Of a stretch of 41,362 bases of DNA, positions 1 through 10,030 are shown in pieces. The stretch's first letter is position 1. Each line of letters begins with the position of its first letter. The notes under the pieces were generated by a model. That model did not search any database and had not been told where the DNA came from. It worked only from the letters and a program-made list of their open reading frames with translations. The translations under genes and the position numbers were made by a program. The stretch lies in sequence record SRR20825019_2111; one strand, given 5' to 3'.

Positions 1-880
1 CATCTTTTTGATTGATGTAGAGATAATCCCTTTCATAGAAATCATTGGAAATATAAATGTCGGGGTAAAGGTCGCCATTAAAATCCGTGACCATTACACC
101 AAGACCGAAACCGATAAGGCTTCCATAGATTCCAGCTTCTTCGCTTACATCCACAAATTTACCATTGTCGTTTCTTAGGAGCATATCGCCAACACCTTTG
201 AAGATGTCCGGAACCCCCTCCCAGTCCTGAGCACGAACTTCTCGCTGCTCTGCGTACCCCAGGCTGCTTACGGGAATATTACTGTTGTTAAGAATATAGA
301 CATCCAAATCACCGTCCTTGTCATAATCAAAAAAGGAAGCATGTGTGGTAAAGCCTGTTTTGGCCAAATTGTATTCGTCTGCTCTTTCTGTAAATGTAAG
401 GTCCCCATTGTTGATGTATAGGTCATTGTCGTGGTTGTTGCCTTCCATGTTCCCTGCGTTGCAGACGTATATGTCCAACAAGCCATCGTTGTTAATATCG
501 ACCATTACAACCCCGGTGGACCATGGTTTGTTGCCGAGTACACCTGCATTTTCGGAAATATCCTCGAACTTCATGCCCCCTTTGTTCAGGTAGAGCCTGT
601 TAGGTTCCATGTTGCCGGTAAGGTAAATGTCCTGTAACCCATCGTTGTTGATGTCCCCAATGGCAACACCCCCACCATTGTAGAAGTTCCGGTACTTAAA
701 AATGTTGAAGTTTTTCTGATTTTCTACTTTATTGATAAAGTTCACACCTGTTTCCTCTGGTTTTAAAAGTGTGAAAAGAGTCTCGGTGGTGGCTTGTTCC
801 CCCGTTTGATTTTCACTCTTGTTATTACAGGAAGTAAAGGCAAGAACTACAAGGCATGCTGCTATATATTTCAGTTTCAT
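1..880 (-). CDS. VCBS/FG-GAP repeat (ASPIC/UnbV-type) lipoprotein, 3' part runs off the window
   Basis: Not in the ORF track; manual translation from ATG 880: MKLKYIAACLVVLAFTSC (lipobox) ... FYNGGGVAIGDINNDGLQDIY ... MVDINNDGLLDIYV ... FFDYDKDGDLDVY ... TDFNGDLYPDIYISNDF. These are repeated DxNxDGxxD FG-GAP motifs; the frame is open to the window edge. Confidence 0.92.
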   Translation of the reverse strand, partial: MKLKYIAACLVVLAFTSCNNKSENQTGEQATTETLFTLLKPEETGVNFINKVENQKNFNIFKYRNFYNGGGVAIGDINNDGLQDIYLTGNMEPNRLYLNKGGMKFEDISENAGVLGNKPWSTGVVMVDINNDGLLDIYVCNAGNMEGNNHDNDLYINNGDLTFTERADEYNLAKTGFTTHASFFDYDKDGDLDVYILNNSNIPVSSLGYAEQREVRAQDWEGVPDIFKGVGDMLLRNDNGKFVDVSEEAGIYGSLIGFGLGVMVTDFNGDLYPDIYISNDFYERDYLYINQKD

Positions 881-1137
881 TTAGCGTTTTGTTTTTTTAC
901 CAAAAAAATGGGAGCATCATTATTCATCGTGACAATGAATTCTTGGTTCCCATCAATACGTATCATTTCAATTTTTCTGGCAGCACCGGATATTCCCATA
1001 TTTTCTTTCCAACGTACATCCCCAAATTCATCATTTGTCAATAAAAACCCATGTGAAGCGTCCAATCTACCAAGTTGGGTGCTTATCTCAAAATTATTGG
1101 TAGCCATTAATATTTCATTAATCCTTTTTTTGCCCAT
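877..1137 (-). pseudogene. C-terminal remnant of a second VCBS/ASPIC-type protein (probable large in-frame deletion)
   Basis: 86-aa ORF; NEILMATNNFEISTQLGRLDASHG...IVTMNND resembles the last ~80 residues of long flavobacterial VCBS proteins. Its stop overlaps the next start (ATGA). Confidence 0.65.
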
Positions 1138-1155
1138 TTTTTATGGTTTTGGACT

Positions 1156-1193
1156 AAAAAGCAATGCCGCCCTTTTGGATAAAGGACGGCATT
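1156..1193 (-). terminator. Intrinsic terminator after susD
   Basis: Stem AATGCCG(C)CCTTT-TGGAT-AAAGG(A)CGGCATT at 1163-1193, followed by GCTTTTT on the minus strand. Confidence 0.7.
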
Positions 1194-1219
1194 AATATTA
1201 AACTGCTTAAACTTTAAGT

Positions 1220-2797
1220 TTAGTACCCAGGATTTTGAACTAGGTTAGGGTTGGATAATAATGCTGTTGCCGGTATGGGGAACAGGTTTACATTATCATC
1301 ACCACTAATTTCCTTAAGACCCCATGGAGCTGAAAATTGACCAAATCTTACCAAATCATTTCTTCTCCAGAATTCAATAAATAGTTCTCGTGCTCTTTCG
1401 TCAAGAAGTGCCTGTTCATCAACACTGCCCAAATCAGGAGTGTCCTCTCTTAAACTTCTTAGCTCGTTGACCATTGCTGTTGGGTTACCTCCCATTCGCA
1501 TCATTGCTTCGGCCTTCATCAAATGAGCATCGGCATATCTGAAAATAATCTGGTGTTGTCTGTATGAATTCACTTGATCATCCTCATCAGTTGGATCGTA
1601 AGGGTGGTATTTGATTACACGAACACCTTCTGCCTCACCGTTACCAACAAGTGATGGAAATTCTTTTTGGAAGACCAATGGCTGGTCTTGTCTGTTGGTC
1701 AATGGAGTACCATCCTCATTGTATTGCAGGCCTATTAGGAAACCATATCCAATACCAAGATTCTCACTATTTGCCGTAGCGGCATCAGGTACAAAACCTC
1801 TTCTTTCCTCTTGTCCGTCCCCCACATAGTTCGTGTTGGGATCTCCTTCGAAAAGATCGTAGAATTCGGCCAAAGTCGAAAAACCGTTCCATCCACCCCC
1901 TGCGTTGTCGGGAGAGTTTTGGTTATAGTGCAGACTGTTCCAGATCCTAGCTCCTAAGTCACTTCTAAGGAACAGAATAGTCTCGCTATCATCGGTAGGC
2001 TCAAATATTTGGAAGTATCCTTCTTGAACTGCAAAGCCACTTGCACTGATTTCATCAACCAAATCAATCACATTTTGCATGTCAGCATTGTCAGCAGTGC
2101 CAGTGCCTTTATAAACATGCCCGTTCAAGTAAAGTTTGGCCAATAGAAACTTGGCGGCTTCTTGACTTGCCAATCCAACATTTTCCACACCGGGTCCAAC
2201 AGATGGCAAAGCTGCAATCGCATCCGTCAAATCTGTTTCTATAAAGCTATATGCTTCTAGTCTTGTTAGAACAGTAGGATTAACATCCGGACCTTCATCC
2301 ACCCCTCTAAAAGGAACAGAACCGAATAGATCCATAACAAAGAACATGTTGAAAGCTCTTAAGAACTTGGCTTGGGCTACAGTGCTGGCATCGGCGCTTG
2401 TTGTCTCAATGATTTCAGAAGACCTGAAGATGTTCTGGTTCAAATTGTTCCATGCAGCTTTAATAAAGGCATGGTCCGGAGTCCAGGTATGTGTGTGCAA
2501 TTGTCTCCAAACACCGTTATCTCCCCAGTCTGTTCCCCTTGTAGGGACCAACAGCTCATCGGAAGTTACTTCAGATAACGAGTACATGCTTTCTTGGGTG
2601 GCGAAATCGCCCCCAACTTTGTTGTACAAATCGTTCAATGCACTGGAAGGATTCGATACTCCAGAAAACCCAGTGTCTCCTGTGTCTTCACTAATTAGGG
2701 AGTCTGTTTCTTCAATTTCCAAATCGGTACAAGAGAAGGTAAGACCTAATATAAAGAGTGAAGCAAAAACAAATTTTTTATATGTTTCTAGTTTCAT
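1220..2797 (-). CDS. susD: RagB/SusD family nutrient-binding outer-membrane lipoprotein
   Basis: Lipobox LTFSC; SDE...RGTDWGD, IFRYADAHLMKAEA, ERARELFIEFWRRNDLVRFG and terminal NPNLVQNPGY; directly downstream of susC. Confidence 0.96.
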   Translation of the reverse strand: MKLETYKKFVFASLFILGLTFSCTDLEIEETDSLISEDTGDTGFSGVSNPSSALNDLYNKVGGDFATQESMYSLSEVTSDELLVPTRGTDWGDNGVWRQLHTHTWTPDHAFIKAAWNNLNQNIFRSSEIIETTSADASTVAQAKFLRAFNMFFVMDLFGSVPFRGVDEGPDVNPTVLTRLEAYSFIETDLTDAIAALPSVGPGVENVGLASQEAAKFLLAKLYLNGHVYKGTGTADNADMQNVIDLVDEISASGFAVQEGYFQIFEPTDDSETILFLRSDLGARIWNSLHYNQNSPDNAGGGWNGFSTLAEFYDLFEGDPNTNYVGDGQEERRGFVPDAATANSENLGIGYGFLIGLQYNEDGTPLTNRQDQPLVFQKEFPSLVGNGEAEGVRVIKYHPYDPTDEDDQVNSYRQHQIIFRYADAHLMKAEAMMRMGGNPTAMVNELRSLREDTPDLGSVDEQALLDERARELFIEFWRRNDLVRFGQFSAPWGLKEISGDDNVNLFPIPATALLSNPNLVQNPGY

Positions 2798-2807
2798 GCT
2801 TATTTTT

Positions 2808-5800
2808 TTAAAAAGTTACGCTAAAGCCAAAAGTGTATGTTCTTGGCCTTGGGAATGATGAGTAATCGATACCGGCGATCGGCAGACCGTTCAAAAGGTC
2901 GTTAGATGCTGGAGTAACACTTACTTCAGGGTCTAAACCACTGTAATCAGTGATTACAAAAAGGTTCTGGCCTGTGATGCTCAACCTCATTGTTTTGAAT
3001 AGGCCATCACCAGAAAGGGGCACGTTGTACCCTATCGAAGCTGTTTGTAACCTGACAAAATCACCTTTCTCCAAGAATCTTGTAGAAACAGAAGCTTCTG
3101 CAAATCGGCTTTCCTGTCCCGCCAAGTCCACTACATCTTTAATAACATTGTTACCGCTTCCAATAGCACCTGCCGTAAAGAAGGCATTAGCGGTGTTGTT
3201 ATAAATGTAATTTCCAAATTGTCCTGTGAAGTACAAAGATGCATCCCAGTTTTTATAGTTTGCTGAAGTCGAGAAACCTCCTGTGAAATCGGGCAGAGCA
3301 CTTTTGCCAACAAATTGTTGGTTGTCCGTACCACCCTCGTGAACAGGGTTTCCATTCTCATCAAACCCAGTGAACTCCCTTAAATAGAAAGAATAAAGAG
3401 GTTGTCCAGACTGTAAACGTTGTGCGAAAGCGTTGGTAAGACCGGCACCTCTAATTGTTCCAGCAGGAATGGCTCCGTCAAAATCTTGAATTTCGTTTTT
3501 GTTGTACGCCATGTTAAAACCTGCGGTCCAGAAGAAGTCCTCACCTTGGATAATATCATAATTAAGGGAGAATTCCACACCTTGGTTCAAGACCATTGCA
3601 TCCAAGTTCTGGAAAAAGAATGGTTGTGGGGATGGTTGCGCAGCTTCAACGCTGAGCAATAAATCTCTTGTTTCTTTACGGTACACATCCACGCTACCAT
3701 TTAAACGGTCGTTGGCAAAACCAAAGTCGATACCAACACCGTATTGTGTTGTTTCCTCCCACTTAAGGTCAGGATTGGCAAAATCCACAGTGCTAGTACC
3801 AGGTACATTAACGGCACCACCGTCACCTACACTTCCTCCCGAGTATCTTTCCCTTCTTACAAACCTACCGTAGCCAATACCATCTTGGTTACCTGTAATA
3901 CCGTAGCTCAATCTTAATTTAAGGGTAGATACGGCATCTCCTATAAAATCCTCTTCGTTGATTTTCCAAGCAAAGGCTGCGGATGGAAAAATACCATACT
4001 TGTTGTTTTCACCAAAACGGGAAGAACCATCTGCTCTTACGGTCGCTGTGAACAAATATTTATTGGCCAAGGTATAGTTGACCCTTCCAAAGAAAGATTG
4101 AAGTTCATCTGTGTTATCAAATGTGTCGGCAAACAATGCCCTTACATCAACCCCTGAGGTTTCACCTAAAAACTCTGTTTCCGGTGTCTCTGTGAACAAT
4201 CGGTTCACGAAAAGTCCATTGGGATTATTGGGTACATCGAAAGAGTATCCGTACTGTTGGTAATTCCCTGAAATCATGGATTCAAGAGTGGCAGCCGAAT
4301 TGAAAAGATCTCTTGGCATTTGATTAAGGTCTGCTGATGCATATCCCCATCCCTCTATATTTCTTCCTCTTCTATTGAAATCCTGATAAGAGAAACCTAC
4401 CAAGGCATCCAAATTGGAATTGTCAAACTCTTTGGTATAATTTAATGTGGCTTCCAATAGGCGGTTCTCATTTATAAGGTCGTTCAATGCACCTCTACCA
4501 TTATTAGCGGCACCACGTGCCACGTTGAAGGACTCAGAAGTCAAAGAGGCCTCTCTTTTAGAGTCTGATTTATCGTAACCAACAGTAACTTTTCCCGTCA
4601 ATTCGCTTGTAATATCATATTCAGCGGAGAAATTGACCAATACACGATCAGTGTACGTCATACTCTGCCAGTTGTTCAAAAGGTTCAATGGATTGATCCT
4701 ATCCCCAGGATTGAAGTCTGGATTGGCTGGCCAAGTAGGATTGGCCGCATAAGAAGCTCCCAGCAAGTCCCCAGTAGATCCGGCACTACCACTCAATGGA
4801 GGTGCTTCGTCATTCACCCTCGAAAGTGTACCCTGCAAATTTAGACGTAACTTGTCTTCCAAGAATCGGTGAGTGGCATTAAGTCTTCCGGTAATTCTTT
4901 CCTGAGAAGATTTTTCGATTACCCCAAATTGCTTTCCATAGTTAAAGGTTGCCCTTACGTTACCGGAACCGTAATTTTGGGAATAAGCCAAGTTATTATT
5001 GGTGGAAGCTGTAGACCTTGTAACAAGATTTTGCCAATCTGTATTTCCTCCGGCATTAATAGCTTGTCCTCCGAATGTATCAACTGCAGAAAGGAATTCA
5101 GAGGCGTTAAGAATGTCAAAACTTTCAGCAGGCGTGGAGTAGCTCAAATCAGAAGAATATTCCCAAGTTCCGCCTCTTGCACCAGTTTTACCACTTTTAG
5201 TAGTAATGATAACAACACCATTGGCACCCCTGGAACCATATATTGCTGTTGCAGAAGCATCCTTAAGGATACTCATGCTTTCAATATCATTAGGGTTAAG
5301 GAAACTCAACGGGTTTCTTGCCGAGCTGGATCCAACACCAATGTTTGTTCCTTCGGATGAAGTGTCACCAGAAGGTAACGGAACTCCATCAACTACAAAT
5401 AAAGGATTATTGTTGGACCTTACCGAAGAGGTACCTCTAATCCTAATGGCGACACCGGAACCGGGCTCTCCACTACCTTGTGCTATCTGAACACCAGCGG
5501 TTTTACCTTGGATCAATTGTTCTGGTGAGGAAATAACCCCTTTGTTAAAATCCTCCGAGGTAACGGCCGATACAGCACCTGTTGCATCCTTTACGGTAGT
5601 TTGGCCGTAACCTATAATTACAACCTCGTCCAAAGCTTGTGCATCTTCGGCCAAGGTAATATCAATGGAGGATTGTCCATTGACTGCAATTTCTTGGGTC
5701 TTGTAACCGATGTAGCTAAAAACCAAGGTAGCGGCACCTTCCACATTGTTAAGTGTGTAGTTACCGTCAAAGTCGGTCTGCGTACCGTTGGTAGTACCTT

Positions 5801-5933
5801 TTACCAATACGCTTGCCCCTGGCAAAGGTCCGTTCGCATCCGAAACGGTACCTGATACTGTTTGAGCTTTTACCAACCCAAAGCACAGGAATGCTCCGAG
5901 CATTAAAAAGCTCCTTAGTAGCGTAATCTTCAT
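2808..5933 (-). CDS. susC: SusC/RagA family TonB-dependent transporter
   Basis: N-terminal CarboxypepD_reg-like domain, plug motif LKDASATAIYGSRGANGVVIITTK, NPDLKWEET, C-terminal aromatic residue (FSVTF). Confidence 0.97.
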   Translation of the reverse strand: MKITLLRSFLMLGAFLCFGLVKAQTVSGTVSDANGPLPGASVLVKGTTNGTQTDFDGNYTLNNVEGAATLVFSYIGYKTQEIAVNGQSSIDITLAEDAQALDEVVIIGYGQTTVKDATGAVSAVTSEDFNKGVISSPEQLIQGKTAGVQIAQGSGEPGSGVAIRIRGTSSVRSNNNPLFVVDGVPLPSGDTSSEGTNIGVGSSSARNPLSFLNPNDIESMSILKDASATAIYGSRGANGVVIITTKSGKTGARGGTWEYSSDLSYSTPAESFDILNASEFLSAVDTFGGQAINAGGNTDWQNLVTRSTASTNNNLAYSQNYGSGNVRATFNYGKQFGVIEKSSQERITGRLNATHRFLEDKLRLNLQGTLSRVNDEAPPLSGSAGSTGDLLGASYAANPTWPANPDFNPGDRINPLNLLNNWQSMTYTDRVLVNFSAEYDITSELTGKVTVGYDKSDSKREASLTSESFNVARGAANNGRGALNDLINENRLLEATLNYTKEFDNSNLDALVGFSYQDFNRRGRNIEGWGYASADLNQMPRDLFNSAATLESMISGNYQQYGYSFDVPNNPNGLFVNRLFTETPETEFLGETSGVDVRALFADTFDNTDELQSFFGRVNYTLANKYLFTATVRADGSSRFGENNKYGIFPSAAFAWKINEEDFIGDAVSTLKLRLSYGITGNQDGIGYGRFVRRERYSGGSVGDGGAVNVPGTSTVDFANPDLKWEETTQYGVGIDFGFANDRLNGSVDVYRKETRDLLLSVEAAQPSPQPFFFQNLDAMVLNQGVEFSLNYDIIQGEDFFWTAGFNMAYNKNEIQDFDGAIPAGTIRGAGLTNAFAQRLQSGQPLYSFYLREFTGFDENGNPVHEGGTDNQQFVGKSALPDFTGGFSTSANYKNWDASLYFTGQFGNYIYNNTANAFFTAGAIGSGNNVIKDVVDLAGQESRFAEASVSTRFLEKGDFVRLQTASIGYNVPLSGDGLFKTMRLSITGQNLFVITDYSGLDPEVSVTPASNDLLNGLPIAGIDYSSFPRPRTYTFGFSVTF

Positions 5934-5974
5934 AAATAATTAATTTTAAGTTTAGTTAATTTTAATTCAAGTGT

Positions 5975-6004
5975 TAAACATATATAAAAAAAAGGTTAAT
6001 CAAA
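5975..6004 (-). promoter_or_regulatory. Putative Bacteroidota housekeeping promoter of susC
   Basis: Minus strand TTTG (6004-6001), 18 nt, TATGTTTA (5982-5975); resembles the -33 TTTG / -7 TAnnTTTG consensus. Confidence 0.45.
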
Positions 6005-6027
6005 ATTTAAGTATATTGCAATATTCA

Positions 6028-6043
6028 ACGAAACCGTTTTCGT
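6028..6043. promoter_or_regulatory. Putative LacI-family operator
   Basis: ACGAAACCGTTTTCGT is a near-perfect 16-bp palindrome with central CG, between susC and the divergent LacI gene. Confidence 0.6.
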
Positions 6044-6304
6044 GTTAACAACTTTATGGGGTGTAGATTTCACAATTTTAAATCTGCAAGTTTGTTTAAT
6101 TCCCAATTAAGTTTGCGGGAATTACGAAATCAGCAATAATCCCTCTAATATAGCAATTTTATTTTTTGAACAATATTTTTATTGAAGACATCTCCAGACA
6201 ATGGATGTTCATGTTTTGTTAAAAAAGTAAAACACGTAGATTGCATTGTTTTGATTATTGAGTAATTTTCAAGACCGAATTAGACTACTACAAAAAAAAT
6301 ATAA

Positions 6305-7324
6305 TTGAAAGCCAAGATTACATTAAAGGATATAGCAAGAGAACTTGAAGTGTCCATTTCTACCGTCTCCAAAGCACTAAAGAACAGCGAGGAAATCAGC
6401 AGGGATACCAAAGAGAAGGTCCAGGCCTTTGCTAAGCTTTATAATTACAAGCCAAATAATATAGCAATCAGCTTAAAAAACAAGAGAACCAAAAATATTG
6501 GGGTAGTGATTCCGGACATTGTCCATCATTTCTTTACCACCGTTATCCGTGGTATTGAGAAGTATGCAAATGCTCGTGGTTATAATGTTATCGTTTGTCT
6601 TTCTGAAGAGTCTTTTGACAAGGAGGTCATCAATATGGAAATGTTGGCCAATGGTAGTATCGACGGTTTCATCATGTCGCTTTCTTCCCAAACACAGGAG
6701 AAAGGGGATTACAATCATTTAAAGGAAGTGACCGATCAAGGTATTCCTGTGGTGCTTTTTGATAGAATTACCCATGAGATCGATTGTGATAAAGTGATTA
6801 TAGACGATGAGCTTGGTGCTTACCAGGCAACAAAAAAATTTATAGACCAAGGTAAGAGAAAAATAGCACTGATTACCACGGATGACTACCTAAGTGTAAG
6901 CAAGGCCCGGACCAAGGGATATTGGAAAGCATTGCAGGAAAGTGAAATGGGAGCCGATGAATCCATGATTCTAAAGATGCCATCAATGGAGATGGACGAA
7001 GAAGCCATCAAAACCTTTTTGGATAAGAAGGAGCCCGATGCCGTTTTATGTGTAAATGAAATCTTTGCCGTCTGCGGTATGCGATTTGTTCAGAAAAAAG
7101 GCCTAAGAATACCCGAGGATATTGCATTTATCGGATTTACTGATGGAGTTTTGTCCAAATATGCCAATCCAAGTCTTACCGTTGTGGCACAACATGGTGA
7201 AAAAATGGGCGAGGAGTCGGCAAGGATGTTGATAGATAAGGTTGAGAGCGAGGCGGAAGAGGAGACCTATCAAACCAAAATTCTAGAGCCTACTTTGGTA
7301 ATAAGGGATTCCATCGCCCACTGA
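6305..7324 (+). CDS. LacI family transcriptional regulator (maltose/alpha-glucan PUL)
   Basis: ITLKDIARELEVSISTVSKAL HTH, YKPN hinge, sugar-binding domain; TTG start. Confidence 0.95.
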   Translation: MKAKITLKDIARELEVSISTVSKALKNSEEISRDTKEKVQAFAKLYNYKPNNIAISLKNKRTKNIGVVIPDIVHHFFTTVIRGIEKYANARGYNVIVCLSEESFDKEVINMEMLANGSIDGFIMSLSSQTQEKGDYNHLKEVTDQGIPVVLFDRITHEIDCDKVIIDDELGAYQATKKFIDQGKRKIALITTDDYLSVSKARTKGYWKALQESEMGADESMILKMPSMEMDEEAIKTFLDKKEPDAVLCVNEIFAVCGMRFVQKKGLRIPEDIAFIGFTDGVLSKYANPSLTVVAQHGEKMGEESARMLIDKVESEAEEETYQTKILEPTLVIRDSIAH

Positions 7325-7353
7325 CTTCAACCAAATGGTTAAATGTATTAAGC

Positions 7354-9225
7354 ATGAGAACCATATTCGTCCATATTTTAGTACTAGCATTTCTGACGTT
7401 ATCTTCGTGCATGGATAAACCAGACCAAAAGACCACCCCTTTGCTCATGAAAAACAAAGCAGTAGTCTATCAGGTATTTACCCGACTTTTTGGAAATACC
7501 AATACGACCAACAAGCCATGGGGCACTATCGAAGAAAATGGAGTAGGCAAGTTTGCCGACTTTACCCTAAAAGCCTTGTCAGAGATCAAGAAGTTAGGAG
7601 TGACCCATATTTGGTACACAGGGGTGCCCCATCATGCGGTAATAGCCGATTATAGCGCTTACGGAATCTCAAACGACGATCCCGATGTGGTAAAAGGAAG
7701 GGCAGGCTCTCCCTACGCGGTAAGGGATTACTATAATGTAAACCCCGATTTGGCCCTTGATCCCGCCAAACGTTTGGAAGAGTTCAAAGAGTTGATAGAA
7801 AGAACCCACCGGGCAGGTTTAAAAGTCATAATCGATATTGTTCCCAACCACGTGGCCCGAGGTTATGAGGGGCTTACAAATCCAGAGGGCATAGAAGATT
7901 TTGGTGCCGCCGACGATACTTCCAAGGAATACGACATCAACAACAATTTTTACTATATCCCAGGTCAAGCCTTTAAAGTGCCCGAGTGGCAAGATGGATA
8001 TTTGCCATTGGGAGGTAGGGAGAATACGTTGGCAGATTCCAAGTTTGAGGAAAACCCGGCAAAATGGACAGGAAACGGTTCCCGTTTGGCGCAGCCTCAT
8101 TTTAATGATTGGTACGAAACCGTAAAGATAAATTATGGAGTTCGACCGGATGGGACAAAGGATTTTGAAGAATTACCCGAAGAATATCGTCAAAAGGATT
8201 ATAGGGAGCACTACAAATTCTGGAAGGATAAAGAATTGCCCGATTCTTGGCACAAATTCAAGGATATTACCCAATATTGGTTAAGTTTTGGCGTGGACGG
8301 CTTCCGTTTTGATATGGCCGAAATGGTACCCGTAGAGTTTTGGAGCTATCTTAACTCCAACATCAAAATGACAAATCCAGATGCATTCCTGTTGGCCGAG
8401 GTATATAATCCGGGATTGTACCGCGATTACATTCAGAAGGGGAAAATGGATTACCTATATGATAAGGTAGAACTCTATGATAGCATAAAACATATTATGA
8501 AGGGGTACGGTTGGACCGACCATATCCCCGTAGTGCAAAGAGGAATGGCCGATATAGAGCACCATATGCTCCACTTTCTGGAAAACCACGACGAACAGCG
8601 TATCGCCAGTCCCGATTTTGTGGGTAACGCCCAATTGGGAAAACCTGCAATGGTGGTTTCCGCTACCATCAGCACGTCACCGACGATGATATACTTTGGT
8701 CAGGAAGTTGGTGAACCAGGTGCGGAAGATGCCGGGTTCGGAAAGCCTACAAGAACATCCATTTTTGATTACATCGGAGTGCCGCACCATCAAAGGTGGC
8801 TCAACAACAAAAAATATGATGGTGGCCAATTATCGGATGAAGAGAAACATCTCAGGGATTTTTACAAGCGCCTCCTAAATTTCACTATCAATAGTGAAGC
8901 GCTGATGGGCCAATACCAAGAAATCCATTTTTATAATAAAGGCAATACAGAGGGATACGACCATAGGGTTTTGTCTTATGTGAGATGGACAAACAACGAG
9001 AAAATCATTGTGCTTACCAATTTTGATGAATACAAGAGTTATTCCTTCGAACTCAAAATACCCGAAGATATAATTGCCAGTTGGCAATTAAAAAGCGGTA
9101 CATATCCACTCACAGAGGAGCTTTACCAAGAAATCAATGTAAACATGGTCGTTACTAATGGGCAAGGTAAAATCCAATTGGATTTGGCACCGCTTCAATC
9201 ATATATTTTTAAGGTTGATGAATGA
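7354..9225 (+). CDS. GH13 alpha-amylase family lipoprotein
   Basis: Lipobox LSSC; conserved regions DIVPNH, GVDGFRFDMA, LLAEVY, FLENHDEQR. Confidence 0.93.
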   Translation: MRTIFVHILVLAFLTLSSCMDKPDQKTTPLLMKNKAVVYQVFTRLFGNTNTTNKPWGTIEENGVGKFADFTLKALSEIKKLGVTHIWYTGVPHHAVIADYSAYGISNDDPDVVKGRAGSPYAVRDYYNVNPDLALDPAKRLEEFKELIERTHRAGLKVIIDIVPNHVARGYEGLTNPEGIEDFGAADDTSKEYDINNNFYYIPGQAFKVPEWQDGYLPLGGRENTLADSKFEENPAKWTGNGSRLAQPHFNDWYETVKINYGVRPDGTKDFEELPEEYRQKDYREHYKFWKDKELPDSWHKFKDITQYWLSFGVDGFRFDMAEMVPVEFWSYLNSNIKMTNPDAFLLAEVYNPGLYRDYIQKGKMDYLYDKVELYDSIKHIMKGYGWTDHIPVVQRGMADIEHHMLHFLENHDEQRIASPDFVGNAQLGKPAMVVSATISTSPTMIYFGQEVGEPGAEDAGFGKPTRTSIFDYIGVPHHQRWLNNKKYDGGQLSDEEKHLRDFYKRLLNFTINSEALMGQYQEIHFYNKGNTEGYDHRVLSYVRWTNNEKIIVLTNFDEYKSYSFELKIPEDIIASWQLKSGTYPLTEELYQEINVNMVVTNGQGKIQLDLAPLQSYIFKVDE

Positions 9226-9277
9226 TTCATTTTTTTCATTTGCAAATCGTATTTTTAGTTTCTAAAACCAAACCAAA

Positions 9278-10030
9278 ATGAGTAAGACCTTGCTAGTAGC
9301 TCTCGGAGCTTTTCTATTTTTAACCAGTTGTGAAATGAAAACATCGAAACCATTGGTAATTGGCCATAGAGGTGCTATGGGGCACGAAACAGAGAATACC
9401 TTGGCATCCGTTCAAAAAGCACTTGATCTAGGTGTGGATATGATAGAAATAGATGTGTTTAAAATCCAAAGTGGTGAAATTGTCGTTTTTCACGATGAAA
9501 AAGTGGATAGGCTTACAAATGGTGGCGGCAATATTGAAGAATATAATATTGTTCAACTTCGGCAACTTATTTTGGATGGTGGGCATAAAATCCCAATGCT
9601 TCAAGATGTTTTAAAACAGATAGACAACAAAGTTGCTTTGAATATAGAGCTCAAAGGCCCTGGGACTGCGGATAGGGTGAATTTCATTGTAGATTACTAC
9701 ATCAAATCCAAAGGATGGAGTCCGGAGAATTTTGTGATTTCGAGTTTTAATTGGGATGAACTGCGAGATATGAGGTCTCGTAATGCAGATATAAAAATTG
9801 CAGTTTTAACCTCTGAAGACCCGATTATAGCAATTGATGTGGCCAAAGAGCTGAAGGCCGTTGCCATCAACCCCCATTTTGAAACACTTACGAAAGAGAA
9901 TACAGCAAAAATACACGAAGAAGGACTAAAAGTATACACATGGACGGTTAACGAACCCGAGGACATCCAAAAAATGACCGAGTTCGGGGTAGATGGAATC
10001 ATTACCAATTATCCGGAACGTGTGAAGTAA
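9278..10030 (+). CDS. Glycerophosphodiester phosphodiesterase (GDPD)
   Basis: IGHRGA...ENT...IEIDV...HD, WTVN, GVDGIITNYP; lipobox LTSC. Confidence 0.95.
   Translation: MSKTLLVALGAFLFLTSCEMKTSKPLVIGHRGAMGHETENTLASVQKALDLGVDMIEIDVFKIQSGEIVVFHDEKVDRLTNGGGNIEEYNIVQLRQLILDGGHKIPMLQDVLKQIDNKVALNIELKGPGTADRVNFIVDYYIKSKGWSPENFVISSFNWDELRDMRSRNADIKIAVLTSEDPIIAIDVAKELKAVAINPHFETLTKENTAKIHEEGLKVYTWTVNEPEDIQKMTEFGVDGIITNYPERVK

Noticed and set aside
2346-5855. Numerous 60-170 aa ORFs overlapping susC/susD and other core genes
   Set aside because: Antisense or alternate-frame shadows with no recognisable motifs.
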